NCBI RefSeq assembly: GCF_018350175.1
Contig: NC_058368.1
Location: 228,720,001 to 228,784,000, forward strand
Origin: Felis catus
Taxonomy: Eukaryota
Direction of reading: 5' to 3'
Length of the DNA: 64,000 bases
Position 1 is the first letter of the stretch; each line of letters begins with the position of its first letter. The notes beneath the pieces are model-generated. The model made no database searches. It saw only the letters and a program-made list of their open reading frames with translations, and was not told where the DNA came from. Both the position numbers and the translations under genes were made by a program. This document shows positions 14,576 through 28,350 of the stretch, in pieces.

Positions 14576-16432
14576 GAGGTAGCAAGAGAATTGAAGATAA
14601 TCTATGTGTCCAGCATAATTTGGCCGAGGGTCAATCTGAGCTGATCTCATCTTGGGGTTCTATTCTAAACACCCATATCAACAAGTATTGTTCAAGCTCT
14701 CTTTTCTTTCTACACACGGGCAATAACAGGTGTATCCTGTTCTTGCCTTTAGGGATCTCATAGTCATGAAGGTTATTAAGTTATATAAAACAAACCTAAC
14801 CTGTAATTTGGTGTTTGAAATATTGCCTTAAATTGTAATGTCTACACATTATTTGATTTAATAGACAAAGAATATAACACACTTTAAACAGATCTATGCC
14901 AGTATAAATTAAGTATTAAGCCTATACCAAATCTTACTATTCCTCTGCCGTCAACAATTCATATATTTCTATTTTCACTATTATTAAAATATTTTTATAG
15001 CCTATTAAGTGTGATATAACTTATTCACATAATCTGAGGAAATCATTTGTATGTGATACTTCTTTCAGTATTTGATTACTGAAATACTTCCCTCAATTTC
15101 CACTCTATTTCTCAGATATAGATACAGATTTTGCATACCCACACCAGAATATACACTTCAAGGAGACAATCATGGCTTAGAAGACATTTAATTTGTATGT
15201 TATCTACACGTGGAAACAGAGAGAAAATTGAAGCCACTGTCTGCATAATTTAATGGTCACTAAAAATATACAGATATGCGATTTTAAAGTCAAGGTTTGT
15301 ATGACTTAAGTTTTGTTTTAATAAATTTATCATTAGTTTAGAAATCATTGCATTCTCAAGACATACCTATATATGATATAGTCCAAATTAATCAATGTCC
15401 TGGCATATTGAGTTTTTATTTTGAATATTTTGTGAATTATGATGAAAAACAAGAAATGAAACAGAATATATGCATATTTCCTTGCCCTCAATATATAAGT
15501 AACATCTATCAGGGAATTTAGCTATGGTTCCAGATTTAATTCAAGATATATACGCAGACCTAGTAGATGACGATCTGTAAGTTACTTCATTATTTCTTAT
15601 TGTTATTGAAAAATTAGATTGGAAAAATTCAATTCTGTTCACTTTTGAGATGTGAATTCTTTATCACATGTTTAAGCTGTGAAGAAGAGGAATTGATGGT
15701 AGAAAGCTATTGAGCTAATTATTCAGATGATTCAGTCTCTCGAATACTTTTTAAAAATACCTGGATAATTGAGACAAAAAGATCAGGATCTGTATGCTTG
15801 CCTCATTTCTACTTTAATGAAAACTATAGCTCACTCAATTTTTAAAAATCTTCCCCTGAATCCCATGTAGACTAAAATACAGGAAACAAAATAAGCCACT
15901 GGTGAAGCAGAAGCGCAGGTCTCCATGCTTATGGGAATGATGAATTGTTATTCCAACTCAGCATTGTACTAAAGAATCCCCCAAGGCCCATCATGTCTGC
16001 ATCATTACTCTGCTGCTGCAGGCCGGGTTGACACGCACCTTCATTAGTTCGCCAAAGGTTCGTGGATCTGTGAATACAGAGAGGTTTTTCCCTGAGGCTC
16101 AGAGTGGGATGACCTCAAGTGGAAAAGGGGAACATCCATGTGACCTCTTTATACCTGAGAGGTGCTCCTCATCCCTTGCATGGGCAAACCTTTTCCTTCT
16201 TCTGGGCATTCACAGCTGTATCTCTATAAACAAGCTCCATGACATATATACCCACATTATAAAGGCTCTGGTGAGATGAACTAAGATACAGTTTATTTCA
16301 TTCTGCCCTGTTGTTGCTTAACATTTCAGCTGCAGCATGATCTCGGGAGGATCAACGTCAAATGATTACATTTGCATTCTTTAGATTAAAATAGTCAAAA
16401 ACCTCAGAGACCTCTCTCAACAGTGAAATAGA

Positions 16433-16463
<31 letters not shown>

Positions 16464-16554
16464 CCTTATTTATCTTTGAACACAGTGTTCTAATTCATCT
16501 TAATTTAGCTTCTCAGAAACTAACCTGAGCTAACTCAAATCCACAACCAGCACC

Positions 16555-17067
16555 TGTGATGGCCCGTTTTATGTGTCAGCTTGACTGGGCTGAAGGATGC
16601 CCTGATCGCTGGTAAAGTATTTCTGGATGAGTCAGTGAGGGTGTCTCAGGAAGAGATTAGCACCTGAGTCAGTAGTCCAAGTAAAGAAGATTCCTCTCAC
16701 CAGAGCTGGTGGGCATCATCCAATCCTGTGAGGGCTTGATTAGAACAACAAGGTGAGGGAACGGTGAAATCCCTTTTTCTGTTGGAGCTGAGACATTTAC
16801 CTTCCCCTTGCCCTCAGACATAGGTGCATCTGGTTCTGGAGTTTCCAGACTCAGACCAGGACTTACATCATTGGTCCCCAGATTCTTAGGAATTTGGATT
16901 CAGATTGAAATATACCATTGGCTTTTCTGGTTCTACAACTTGCAGATGGCCTCCACAGTGGCATGAGCAAATTCTTAAAATAAATCTTCTGATATATATA
17001 TATATATATATATCCATATCCATCCATCCTGTTGATTGTTTTTTTCCAGGAAACGCTGACTAATGTA
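16555..17067 (+). mobile_element. MLT2-like (ERVL) solo LTR
   Basis: TGTGATGG..TTTTATGTGTCAGCTTGACTGGGC start, CTGACTAATGTA end, internal (TA)n, flanks GCACC/GCATC. Confidence 0.8.
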
Positions 17068-17144
17068 GCATCCATCCAATAACATTGGAAGGGATTATTT
17101 AATTTTTTAAGGCTAATAATAGCAGCAGGAATACCAACAGGGCA

Positions 17145-17490
17145 TGTCTTCCTGAGTCTGGGCTGTTATAACAAAATGCCATAAACTAGTCGCATACACA
17201 ATTCAGTTCTGAAGACTGGAAAACCTAAGATGAAGGTGTTGGGAGATTCAGTTCTTGATGATCAGGACATCATCCTGGTTTACAGACACCACTTTCTCAT
17301 TGTGCACTTGGAGGACCTTTTCTTGGCCTGTGTCTCTTCCTCTCCTTATAAGGGCACTAATCCCATCATCCTCATACACCTAATCTAAACCTAATTACCT
17401 CCCAGAGGCCCCATATCCAAATACCATCACATTAGAGATTAAGACTTAACATGTGAATTTTGGAGGGACACAAACATTCAGCTCATAACA
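17145..17490. mobile_element. MLT1-like (MaLR) solo LTR
   Basis: GGGCTGTTATAACAAAATGCCATAAACT...GGACACAAACATTCAG..CATAACA, perfect 5-bp TSD GGGCA. Confidence 0.85.
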
Positions 17491-17518
17491 GGGCATAAAC
17501 CTACCTTCTATGCCCTTC

Positions 17519-17672
17519 ACTTCCTTCCTTCCTTCCTTCCTTCCTTCCTTCCTTCCTTCCTTCCTTCCTTCCTTTTTTCTTTTCTTTTCTTTTCTTTTCT
17601 TTTCTTTTCTTTTCTTTTCTTTTCTTTTCTTTTCTTTTCTTTTCTTTTCTTTTCTTTTCTTTTCTTTTCTTT

Positions 17673-17724
<52 letters not shown>

Positions 17725-17735
17725 TCCTTTTCTCT
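17519..17735. repeat. Compound polypyrimidine microsatellite (TTCC)n(TTTTC)n(TTTC)n
   Basis: About 215 bp of uninterrupted pyrimidines on the + strand. Confidence 0.97.
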
Positions 17736-20700
17736 CACAAATAACATACCTGGAGGAAATTTTAAGAATCACTGAAAAATGATGGAACAAACTTTGAGAA
17801 CCACTAATATAAATAAATTAAAGCTTGGCAATGATGTTAAGCACCCCACCCTCATTTCTTACAATTGCACTACAGTTTTGAGATATGAGAATTCAGACTT
17901 TATTTCAGACTGTTGGGTCTCAGTTCATAAATACCATTATTGTAATACCTTGAGGTTATCAGTATAGATCATGCTGATGATAATTCGGTGATGTGCAGTC
18001 ATGGTGATTGTAATCCAAATTGAAATCACAATCTCATTTCCTAAAAGAAACATAAATATAGGTTAATGTGTTATACTCATTAACCATCATCACCCCAGAG
18101 TTATTTTAGGCTTCCAAGCAAAGCGATCATCAAAATAATTATGCTTTGCGGTTTAGTGCTAGATTAAGGTCAACTGGCTGATTTTTTAAAAGAAAAAGGA
18201 AGTTTTTTACTTTTAGGAACAGTATCATGATTATACGTAGGGAATTGAAGCTTCCAGTATAAACTTAGCAAATATTGTTGTATTTGCCAAAATGGAAAAA
18301 TCCTTATAAATGTAGTAGAATTCTCATGGAAACTAAGGCACAGATCAAAAAACATTTGCCCATATTTAGTAATGTCCATCTTTCTTTGAATTGATAAAAT
18401 ATAACACATCTTTGGACTTACCATTCCATAGCAATAAAGAAAACTCATCAAGACAAATTGTCATTCTGTTTGAAAAAATGGATTTAGCTGTGTTTAAGTC
18501 TTTTGAATATTCTATGCAAATAAAAATAGTACTTTTATTTCAGTTTTTATGCTCAAATTTTTCAAGACCTCAATATGGCTTTTTTTTTTACATTTCTCAA
18601 AGCAAAGAGAAGACAGTAATGCAAAATATTGCATTTAAATGCAAATATTAGATTGAATGTAACAGAAGGGATTTGGTGGAATGACTTGCCACAGATTCTT
18701 TGAATAAGGTCATTAACGCTGAAAAAGTACTGGTCCCATCATTTATGAATTCATTTTAAGAAATTACAACAAATGGGAATGTTCAGGTAGTTCATTAAAT
18801 TCGATCTTACATATCTATTTATAGTCAAAGTATAAGCATAATGCCTTTACAAAAATACAACACCAGTCAGAGTGAATATTTCATTGTTAACATTTATATT
18901 CCAATTGCACAATATAAAGCTCAGAAGATTGAAAATAAAGATGAAAATTTGCATCATTTTGCAATTCCAGAAGCTAATATTTAATTTTATTAAAATCTTT
19001 CCAGAAATGAACTGTGAGTGTTATATACCTAGAGAATTATGTTGGCCCTCAGTTGATGCGTTCTTTGCTTTTAGGACTAATACTCTTTTTCTCAAGTAAG
19101 AGATGAAGTTAGCAGACATATCCTTGTATATTTGTCTTTTTTCAGCCATATTAATGCCAAAAATTCCTGGAATTCTCAGTTTCACTCTAATGGGAATAAA
19201 ATTCCCAATTCCATCTGATAACATGCCTAGGACAGCAGCAGGTCTATGATTCAGAAATTGATGTGCAGAAACCCACAGTGATGAATGTTCCCTCTAATAT
19301 TCTTAAACTTAGGAGGAACAATTCCTTTATTTGTTTTACCCAAAGCCTCTGTATATTCTTTGAAATTCTCCCAATTATTCCAGTACACAATAGTCTCATA
19401 AATCAAAACCCTGGAGTAGTCCAAGATATTCCATTTAATCTGACACACAATCCCCCCAAGACAATGAGATGGGGCAGCTTTTTGTATCTACTTAGAACAA
19501 AGTTTCTCATTGTCATTTCACAAGAGTATAATCCTTCTAAACATTTTCAATAGCTTCTGGCCCTGATAACAAATCATGCCAGTGTTTTGCCTTTATGGCT
19601 GCTTTGTAAAAGTCAGACTCAATAACCTTGGGAGTCCCTGTCTTTTGCCCATTTTCTTCTAGTTGTCTCCACTAAATCCTTCATCCAGCCATGAAGGTAA
19701 GAGCCTTTATCACACTAGGTGATTACTGTAGTTGTGGGGAGCAGGTAGGTAATCTGGGCACAAATTACATCACATGAATATTTATAGCAGGTTGAGTTTA
19801 ATGAAACAGTTTTTTTCCCCATAGCTCTGTGCCTTCAATTGACATCAAACTTCCGGACTACAGAGACTTGAAACACTCATTAATCAGATAACAAGGAGAC
19901 TTGTGCATAAAATAGGCTGCTCCTGTGATGTCAAATATTAAGGTCTTTTTCAATTACTCTAAGATGTTTTTATGTTGTCATTTTCTTCTGTAACTATTAC
20001 ATTCAAGTCACTGAAATGAACACGGAGCACAGTTTCCCTCAGATCGCCATGTTGTAAAGAATCATGACTGCACATGCTGGAGTCACTAGCTACGTGGAAG
20101 AAAAAAATTCAGTTATCTGGTGAGATAACCCTTCACTTTTTATACGCTGCCTGTCTATCCTTTAAATGGAAGCACTTCTTCTGCAGTTATGCCCCTGGTG
20201 TCTCCTATTCCATACCTCCAAATGGTAACAGAACTGTATCTGTGCTGCTGCTGAACGAATTTTTCCTTCCCATGGGTCAGAACACGTAGCAAATGAAATG
20301 AACAAGGGGGCAAATCACAGTGATGTCATCTAAAGGATGAATGTTCCAATTAAATTTCAGGTGTTTGTGGCATAAGTCTCAAGAATCAACTGGCAAAAAA
20401 TGACATTTTCTAGAATAAAGTACAGGCCAGTTCTCTCTCTCTCTAATTAGCAAAGAAGAGAATGCAGTCATTTGCTGCTGAATAAATAAAACTAAGAGTG
20501 GATCAGAGATTTGTGTGAAACTGTGTATGACTGAGAATGACCTTTAAATGTAGAGCAAAAGTTCCAATCAGTCTCACTGAAGGCATATGCATATGAGTCC
20601 GAGGTCCTGAATGATGTTAAAAAATCACAATATATTTGATTTTCATTTCTTTCTGGTGTCCTCTCAGATCTTAGAAATCATCTTCAAGCATTAGCTTCCC

Positions 20701-21299
20701 TTAAAAATCTTCAGAACAGAAAAAAAAACCCTTATTGGTGAATAACTGTAATTTATTATTTTAAGTTATTCAACAAAAATATAAAATCACTGTTGTACTC
20801 AAGTTACTATTTTGTGACAATTATAAATTTCATCTTGGTTTTTCACTGGGCAAATATGCCATATTAATTTCAAAAAAAGAAAATTCAATATATGGGCATA
20901 CAGGTGTAGAAATAGAAATTGAAAATTAAAATTTATGCCTGTGATCACCGAGTAGAATATCCCCATTTTACAGTAGGAAAAGAGAATCCCTAAGGAATGA
21001 AGTGTCTTGTCCCATTGAGCTCTTACAGTCAGAGGACATCAGATTTCAAATCAAGAGATTGTGGAAGCCCAGGATTTGATGTAGAAGTGCTACAATTTAA
21101 TGAGTCCCTCTAGTTCTCTTCTACTAACTTTTAACAATAATGAACATATAACCTATAAAACATTTCTGAATATCAGTTGTTACTTGTTCAATGCCACACA
21201 ATGCTCTTCTATTTAGAAGTCTACCTTCTGGAAACTACCACCATCTTTAGCATTATTATTGTCATTAATACAGATGCTATCATGTATGCATTAGTCAAA

Positions 21300-22069
21300 G
21301 TTTCTATTTTCTTTTCTATAATCATGTGTGAAAATTTGGGGTTAAGTTTCAAAGTGCTTTTCATATGAACTGTTCAACTTCCATAAGAAACCTCTACTTC
21401 CTTAGTATTCTTTATAATGGAGTTTCCTTTTAACTATCACAGAATTGTAAAGTGCAATCATATTGTATTTAATTTTTTACTCAGCAGTGGGATTTTACAA
21501 TTCATTCAGGTTGTTTCCTGTAGTTATATTACATTTATTATCGTGGCTATGTTATATTTCATCATATGGGTACACCACAAATTATCCATTTTATATTTTA
21601 TGGATCTTTTGGTTTGTTCTCGTTGGTGCTACAATTAAAATGATGCTCCAAAATTGTTAGTACATGTTTCCTTGTGCACATTTTTATACTTTGCAACCAT
21701 AAAGTGTGATGAGAATAATATTTTATTGAATAAACATTCCATAGTATAGCCATTCTACTAAGTATGAACCACTGGGTCATTTCTAATTTTGGCTATTACA
21801 ATTAGTGATGCTTGAGTATTGTTGTATATTTCTTTTGTTGAAAAACCATATTCATTTTTGTGGAGTTGATACAGAAGAGTGCTGGGACGTAGGATATGCA
21901 TGTGTTTGGCATGATTTTTTTTCCAAAATGATTGTACCTGTTTGCCCTCTTACCTGCAGAGCATGATTCTTTGGGAGGCAGAGGGAGACAAAGAATTTTT
22001 TTTTTATTCCAAGATTTCATTTAAATTCAAGTTAGTTCACATATAATATTTATTTCAGGAGTGGAATTT

Positions 22070-22116
<47 letters not shown>

Positions 22117-23820
22117 CTTAAGCAGGCTCCATGCTCAGCACGGAGCCTGACGTGGGGCTCGATCCCACAATGTTGAGATCATGACTTGAGCTGAAATCAA
22201 GAGTTGGATGTTTAGCTGATTGTTAATGAGAAGAATTGCATTTGGAAAGATGTACTCATCATTTTGACTTATCTATATTTTAAAGTGTCTATTTTTCTTA
22301 CCTACTTTCCTTTTGTGTTGTCTTTCTTTTACTTAATGGTTTGTACAATATTCAGCTGTATTTTGCATGTGAACTTTTTGTTACTTATATGTGTTGCAAG
22401 TACCTGTTCTCGTTCTAGGACTTGAAATTCTCTCTTTATTAATGATGTCTTTTGATGAACTTTTCATAAACTTTAAATTTTAAATGGAATGTAGTCTTTT
22501 ATTTATGGCAATATTTTGTGCTTAAATCTGCCTACTCCAAAGTCATAAACTTACGCTACTTTACATTCTAGAAGCTTTAGTGTTTTGCCTTTTATATTAA
22601 AATGTTATTGCACTTTATGTTGAGCAATCTTCATGTACCATGTGATTAAAGTCAAGATTCATTTTCTCCCATTGGATATCCAGTTGACTCAGAACCTTTG
22701 TTGAAAATAGTATCTTTCTGTATTTATTTGCATTCTTTTTCTCCTAAATCAAGTGTCCACATATCTGTGTGTCTGTTTCTGAGATATCTCTTCTCCGGTC
22801 CATCTATCTATCTACTACTACACTGGCTTAATTACTGCAGATTTACGATACATATTCATATAGAGTCAAACAACTCATATTTTGACATTCTTCTTCAAAA
22901 GTTGCTTGGCTATGCTTGATCCTCTGTGTTTCCAATGCAATTAACTTTCTTTAAAAAAATTTTTTTTAATGTTTATTTATTTTTGAGACAGAGAGAGACA
23001 GAGCATGAACGGGGAAGGGTCAGAGAGAGAGGGAGACACAGAATCTGAAGCAGGCTCCAGGCTCTGAGCTGCCAGCACAGAGCCCGACTGGGGCTCGAAC
23101 TCACGGACCCTGAGATCATGACCTGAGCCAAAGTCAGATGCTTAACCGACTGAGCCACCCAGGTGCCCCACAATTAACTTTCTACATCATATCCATTCTC
23201 TCCCTCTCTGCCTGGTGCACACACTCACACACACACACACACACATACACACACAAACATACATACAGTTTGGATTTTGATTATAATTGTTTTGACTCCA
23301 TAGATCTTTTAATAATGATAAATTTTACATTCTCACACTTAATTGGGATATAGAAATTCATAATATTGTGTATTTGTTTTTTTTTTTTAAATTTGTCAAC
23401 CTTGCTAAATTCTCTTATAAATGTTAGTAATTTTTTGGTAGATATTTTGTGTTTTTAATACATAATCCTGATTTTTAATATACAATCTGTTATACCTGTT
23501 CCTAATTAGACATTTCCCCCAATCTATCTGCTTGTATATGTGTGTGTGTGTTTCTTATGTTATTTGTCTTTAATCAATATTGAATAACAGGATAAGAAAC
23601 ATTTTGAATCATTTCTAGATCTTAAAAATATTTCAGTGGTTCACTACTTGACATGAAATTTGCTCTAATATTTTTGAGGATACCCTTTCTCAGATCTTTG
23701 TATTCCTACTTTTTAAAATATTTCTTTGTAAAATTGTGATTAAATATGAATACCAAATGTTAAGTTCTTTTTCTGGATCCACTGAGGTGATATCATTTTT
23801 CCCTGTTATCTGTGCATATG
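21300..23820 (-). mobile_element. Highly decayed L1M fragments with inserted SINEs
   Basis: T-rich reverse L1-like text (GATATCCAGTTGACTCAGAACCTTTGTTGAAAA, CTTGCTAAATTCTCTTAT). Boundaries approximate. Confidence 0.55.
22955..23170 (-). mobile_element. CanSINE
   Basis: Full reverse SINE with TSD CAATTAACTTTCT. Confidence 0.92.
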
Positions 23821-24269
23821 TTTGTATGAGTCAGAGTCTCTCAGAAAACAGATGGCATGTTCACCTAGGGTAATTGAAGAGTTTAAAAAAGGGATTATTT
23901 GCAATAGAGTAGGCACAGTGTAGGGAACCCTAGAAGAGATGTCGAGTCACTACAGACTAAAAACAGTTAGGATCCATTAATACTCTTACTTCTGAAGGGA
24001 CAGTAAAAGGGACAACAAAATTAGCAGAATGTGGAAGAATACCGATGCTGTACGTGACAACCAACACACCTAAGCTTCAGGTTTCAGTAACAAAAAACAG
24101 CCCCCCGCCAAAGCCTACAATGAAGGAAGGGAATATAAGACTACTACATCATGTTTTTCCAGTCATACAATTGCACTACCCGTAGCCATGCCATCTATAA
24201 AAGTTAGCCTCCTAGGACACTTAATTGAGTGAAGAAAAATGGAGCATGGATCTAGAGAGACAAAAAGAG

Positions 24270-25312
24270 TGTGGTGGATGGATTCTCAGATATATCCCAA
24301 ATATTCCTGCTTCCTAGTACTCACACCCTTGCATAGTCTCTCATTCAATGTGGGGAGGACAATTACGTTACATAATATTGTAAAGTCAGTCTTACTAGGA
24401 GACTCTCTTCTGTATTGGTTTAAATAAAACAGGAGGCCATGTTGGGAGAGCTCACAGGGGCAAATTGCAGAGGGCAGTCCTTTGCCAACAATCAACTAGG
24501 AACTGAGGGTGGCCTACAGCTAAAAGCTAGCAAGAAACTGAAGCCCTCAGTTCAACAGGCTGTGTGAAACTGAATCTTACCAACAACCATGTGGTTTGGA
24601 GGTAGATTTTCCCCGGGGTGAGGTGAGACGGTAGCCTGAACCAACACCTTGATTGCAACCTATGGATTCTGGAACAGAGGGCCCAGCTAAGTGGAGTCCA
24701 GAGTCCAGACCTACAGAAACTGTAATGTAATAAATGTGTATTCTTTTTTTTTAATGTACGTATGTATGTATGTTTTTTTGTTTGTTTGTTTAGAGAAACT
24801 GTGCACAAGCAGGACAGGGGCAGAGAGAGGAGAGAGAGAGAATCCCCAGCAGGCTCAGTGTTGCCAGCACAGAGCCCAGCGTGGGGCTTGAGCTCATGAA
24901 CTCTGAGATCATGACCTGAGCTAAAATTAAGAGTCACTAGGGCGCCTGGGTGGCTCAGTCAGTTAAGCGTCTGACTCTTGGTCTCTGCTCCAGTCATGAT
25001 CTCCTGGTTTCCTGAGTTTGAGCCCAGTATTGGACTCTGTGCTCCGGCTCCTGGACTCTGCTCCGGCTCCGTGCTGACTAGATGGACCCTGCTTGAGATT
25101 TTCTGTCTCCACTTTCTCTGCCCCTCTCTGCCCTTCCCCCACTTGCATTGTCTCTCTCTCTCTCTCTGTCTCTCAAAAATAAATACACTTAAAAAAAATT
25201 TAAAAAAATTAAAAAAAGAGTCGGATGGCAAACTGACTGAGCCACCAAAGTGCCCCAAAATGTGCATTCTTTTAAACCACCATTCATGGTAACATTGCTA
25301 GGCAGCAACAGA
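24270..25312. mobile_element. MLT1-like LTR containing two nested CanSINEs
   Basis: MaLR motifs GCAAGAAACTGAAGCCCTCAGT and GACCTACAGAAACTGTAA..TAATAAATGTG, resuming at TTTAAACCAC..GGCAGCAACAGATAA. Minus SINE 24745-25256 is split by plus SINE 24940-25220. Confidence 0.75.
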
Positions 25313-25494
25313 TAAATAATAAAAGGGGAATATCTAGAACACTGGTGAATTGTATGATTGAGATGATATTAATCTATTGATTTTTCAAAAACCTTTGTTT
25401 TTCTAATATTTGCAGTTTGGGTTACACTTTTTACTTAAATGCTTTAAGATACAACCCACTATTTCTATCATTCAGATAAAAAAAAAACCCTTTA

Positions 25495-25724
25495 ATTTTT
25501 ATTTTATTAAAAATTTTTTTTTCTAATGTTTATTTTTGAGAGAGATACAGACAGAGCACAAGCAGGGGAGAGGCAGAGAGAGAGGGAGATACAGAATCTG
25601 AGGCAGACTCCAGGCTCCAAGCTGTTAACACAGAGCCCGATGTGGGGTTTGAACCCACGAACCGTGAGATCATGATCTAAGCTGAAGTCCCCTGCTCAAC
25701 CAATTGAGCCACCCAGGAGCCCCC
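25495..25724 (-). mobile_element. CanSINE
   Basis: Reverse SINE with TSD AAACCCT(T/C)TAATTTTT. Confidence 0.9.
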
Positions 25725-27049
25725 AAACCCTCTAATTTTTAAAATGTTCTCTTTAATCATGGACTGTTTACATACCATATTTGATGTCTTTAATGTTTAC
25801 ATTGCAGTAAGAAAATATATTTTTTATCATTTTAGTTAGGCTTGTTGGTTTTTATTTATAATAAAGGCTACTTTATGTCCAGAATTTGGTTAGTGTTTAT
25901 TACACTATTTGTATATTTGAAACAGGTATATTCCACAGTTGTGTAGTACATACTTCCATAGTTGTCCTTGAGGATCAAATTATTAATTATGTTTTTAAAA
26001 ACACCTATATCTTTACAGATTTTCTTTGATACAATAATCTTCTTCTTATTTGAGATTTCTTCTCCTATATTTTCCATTTCTATTTTTTAGAGTTTCCATA
26101 CCTCTTTTGTTAGTCTAAATCTCTACCTAGTATTCCCATTAATTTTTGGAAGGTTCATTAACATATTAATCATAATTTCTTTATAACACTCACCTGATAA
26201 TTTCAAAATCTTGATTAATATTGGTCTGTTTCCATTGATTGAATTTTCTTTTGACTCTAGAGATCACATTTTTCTGTCTTTTCTCCCAACATGTCTTTGA
26301 TTTTATTTATTGTTTTATTGCATACTGGAAATTGTGGATGATACATTTACAGACATTTGTTAACTTTTGAGAGTTCTTGAGTTTTATCCTAGAAGACAAT
26401 TCAACTACAAAGATCATGTTGATTTTGTGGGGGTTAGCCTTTATGTTTTGTTAAAGTGGGTTTATTTCCATTATGAGAAATTATTTTACTGTGGCAAGGA
26501 AGATCAGACATTTATATTTTAAAAGCTTTTTATATGGTTTTTATATGTACTTTATGTCCACTCATAGTCCAACCAAATATTAATGACTTAATAAAAATAA
26601 GAATTTCCCTAAACAAAGATAGATTTTTCTATCTTTGATGTTTGATGTTTGATCTTATTTTCTGGATATGCTACAGTATTTATTTTTAATTCAGTAACCT
26701 TTAGTCTTCTCAATTTTCTTTCATGAAGTAATGGAATCAGATAGAACAAGTGATATAATGTGGAACTATAAATATTGAGTTTACTAAGTAGCAAACCACA
26801 TACAAAGTCAGAGTTAAAAGTTATACAGTTCAGAGAAAGTTTCAGAGCACAAAGACCAAAATTACAGTTTATAAAATATTCAAGTTCATCTTTCCACCTC
26901 CACATATCTCATTCTTTGTCCATTGAAAAAACCCATTCTGAAACATTATACAGATATGCCTCAAGCTGGGAGTCTTTACATGACCTTTAAATGTGGATTT
27001 TCCAATTTTAAAATCATCAAATTAAGAATACTTATTTTGCACATGTAAT

Positions 27050-27720
27050 ACAAATTGTTGCAGCCAATGTGGAAAATAATACAGAGGCTCCTCAAAAAAT
27101 TAAAAATAAAATTACCATATGAGCCAGAAATTCCATTACTATTTAGCCCCCAAAAAATGAAAACACTAATTCAAAACACTACATGCACCCCTATGTTTGT
27201 TGCAGCATTATTTACTATAGACAAAACATGTAAGCTACTCAATTGTCCATTGATAGATGAATGGATAAAAAAGATATATATATAATACCACATGACAAAT
27301 AAAAAAAATAGCCTCTTAAATACAGAGAACAGGCTGGGATTGCCAGAGTGGAGGTGGGTGGGAAGATGGGTGAAATAGATTACAGGAATTAAGAATACAC
27401 TTAGCAACTGGGCACCTGGGTGGCTCAGTCAGTTAAGCATCTGACTTTGACTCAGCTCATGATCTCTTGGTTCTGTGGCTTCAAGCCCCACATCAGAACC
27501 CAGAGCCTGCTTCAGATTCCATGTGTCCCTCTCTCTCTGCCCTCCCCCCACTTGTACTCTGTCTCTCTCTACCAAAAATGAATAAACATTAAAAAAATTA
27601 AAAAAAAGAATACACTTAGCATGATGAACACTGAGAATTGTAGAGAATTGTTGAATCATTGTATTATACACCTGAAACTATTACAACACTATATGTTAAC
27701 TATACTTCGAGAAAAAAAAA
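27050..27720 (+). mobile_element. Carnivore L1 3' end with inserted CanSINE (27410-27607)
   Basis: ORF2 C-terminus (LKKLKIKLPYEPEIPLL...TCTPMFVAALFTI), 3'UTR and A tail. SINE TSD AAGAATACACTTAGCA. Confidence 0.85.
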
Positions 27721-27808
27721 TTAATACTTACTATAACTGATCAAACTCCAGCTCTGATCCCAGCTCCACTATTGTGTTGGTTGGCAAGTAAAAAACTATT
27801 CGGAAGAT

Positions 27809-27839
<31 letters not shown>

Positions 27840-28148
27840 TTTCTTTACAAAGTACTTCTGAGAATGTGCTTCTGTCTGCATTTATTAAATTAACTTCTTT
27901 CACTTAACGCCAACTAGTTTTAATATTCTTTAGCCCTCTATTCTAACACTCAGTACTACTCATTCAGCATAGTCTATTTTGGCCCTTAGTCGATAAAAAC
28001 ACTATCTAATTTTATCCCAAAGATTCCTGCAGTTAGTCCATGACCTTTCACCATAACTTTGTGACCATGTTCAGTTCTGTACCTCTGGAAACTCTACTCT
28101 CACTCCCCTCATCTACTTCTTGTTCTCCTGCTTAAATTTTACAAATCT

Positions 28149-28350
28149 TGGGGTGCCTGGGTGGCTCCGTTGGTCAAGCATCTGACTCTTGATTTTGACT
28201 CAGGTCATGATCCCAGGGTCATGGGATTGAGCCCCATGTCATGCTCCACACTGAGGGTGGAGACTGCCTAAGATTCTCTCTCTCTTTCTGCCCCTCTTCC
28301 CAGTTTGTCCTCTCTCTCTCTCTCTCTCTAAAAAAAATTTTTAAATAAAA
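28149..28350 (+). mobile_element. CanSINE
   Basis: GGGGTGCCTGGGTGGCTC head, (CT)n, A-rich tail. Confidence 0.9.

Noticed and set aside
17446..17790. K/E/R-rich and F/S/L-rich ORFs
   Set aside because: Translations of the microsatellite.
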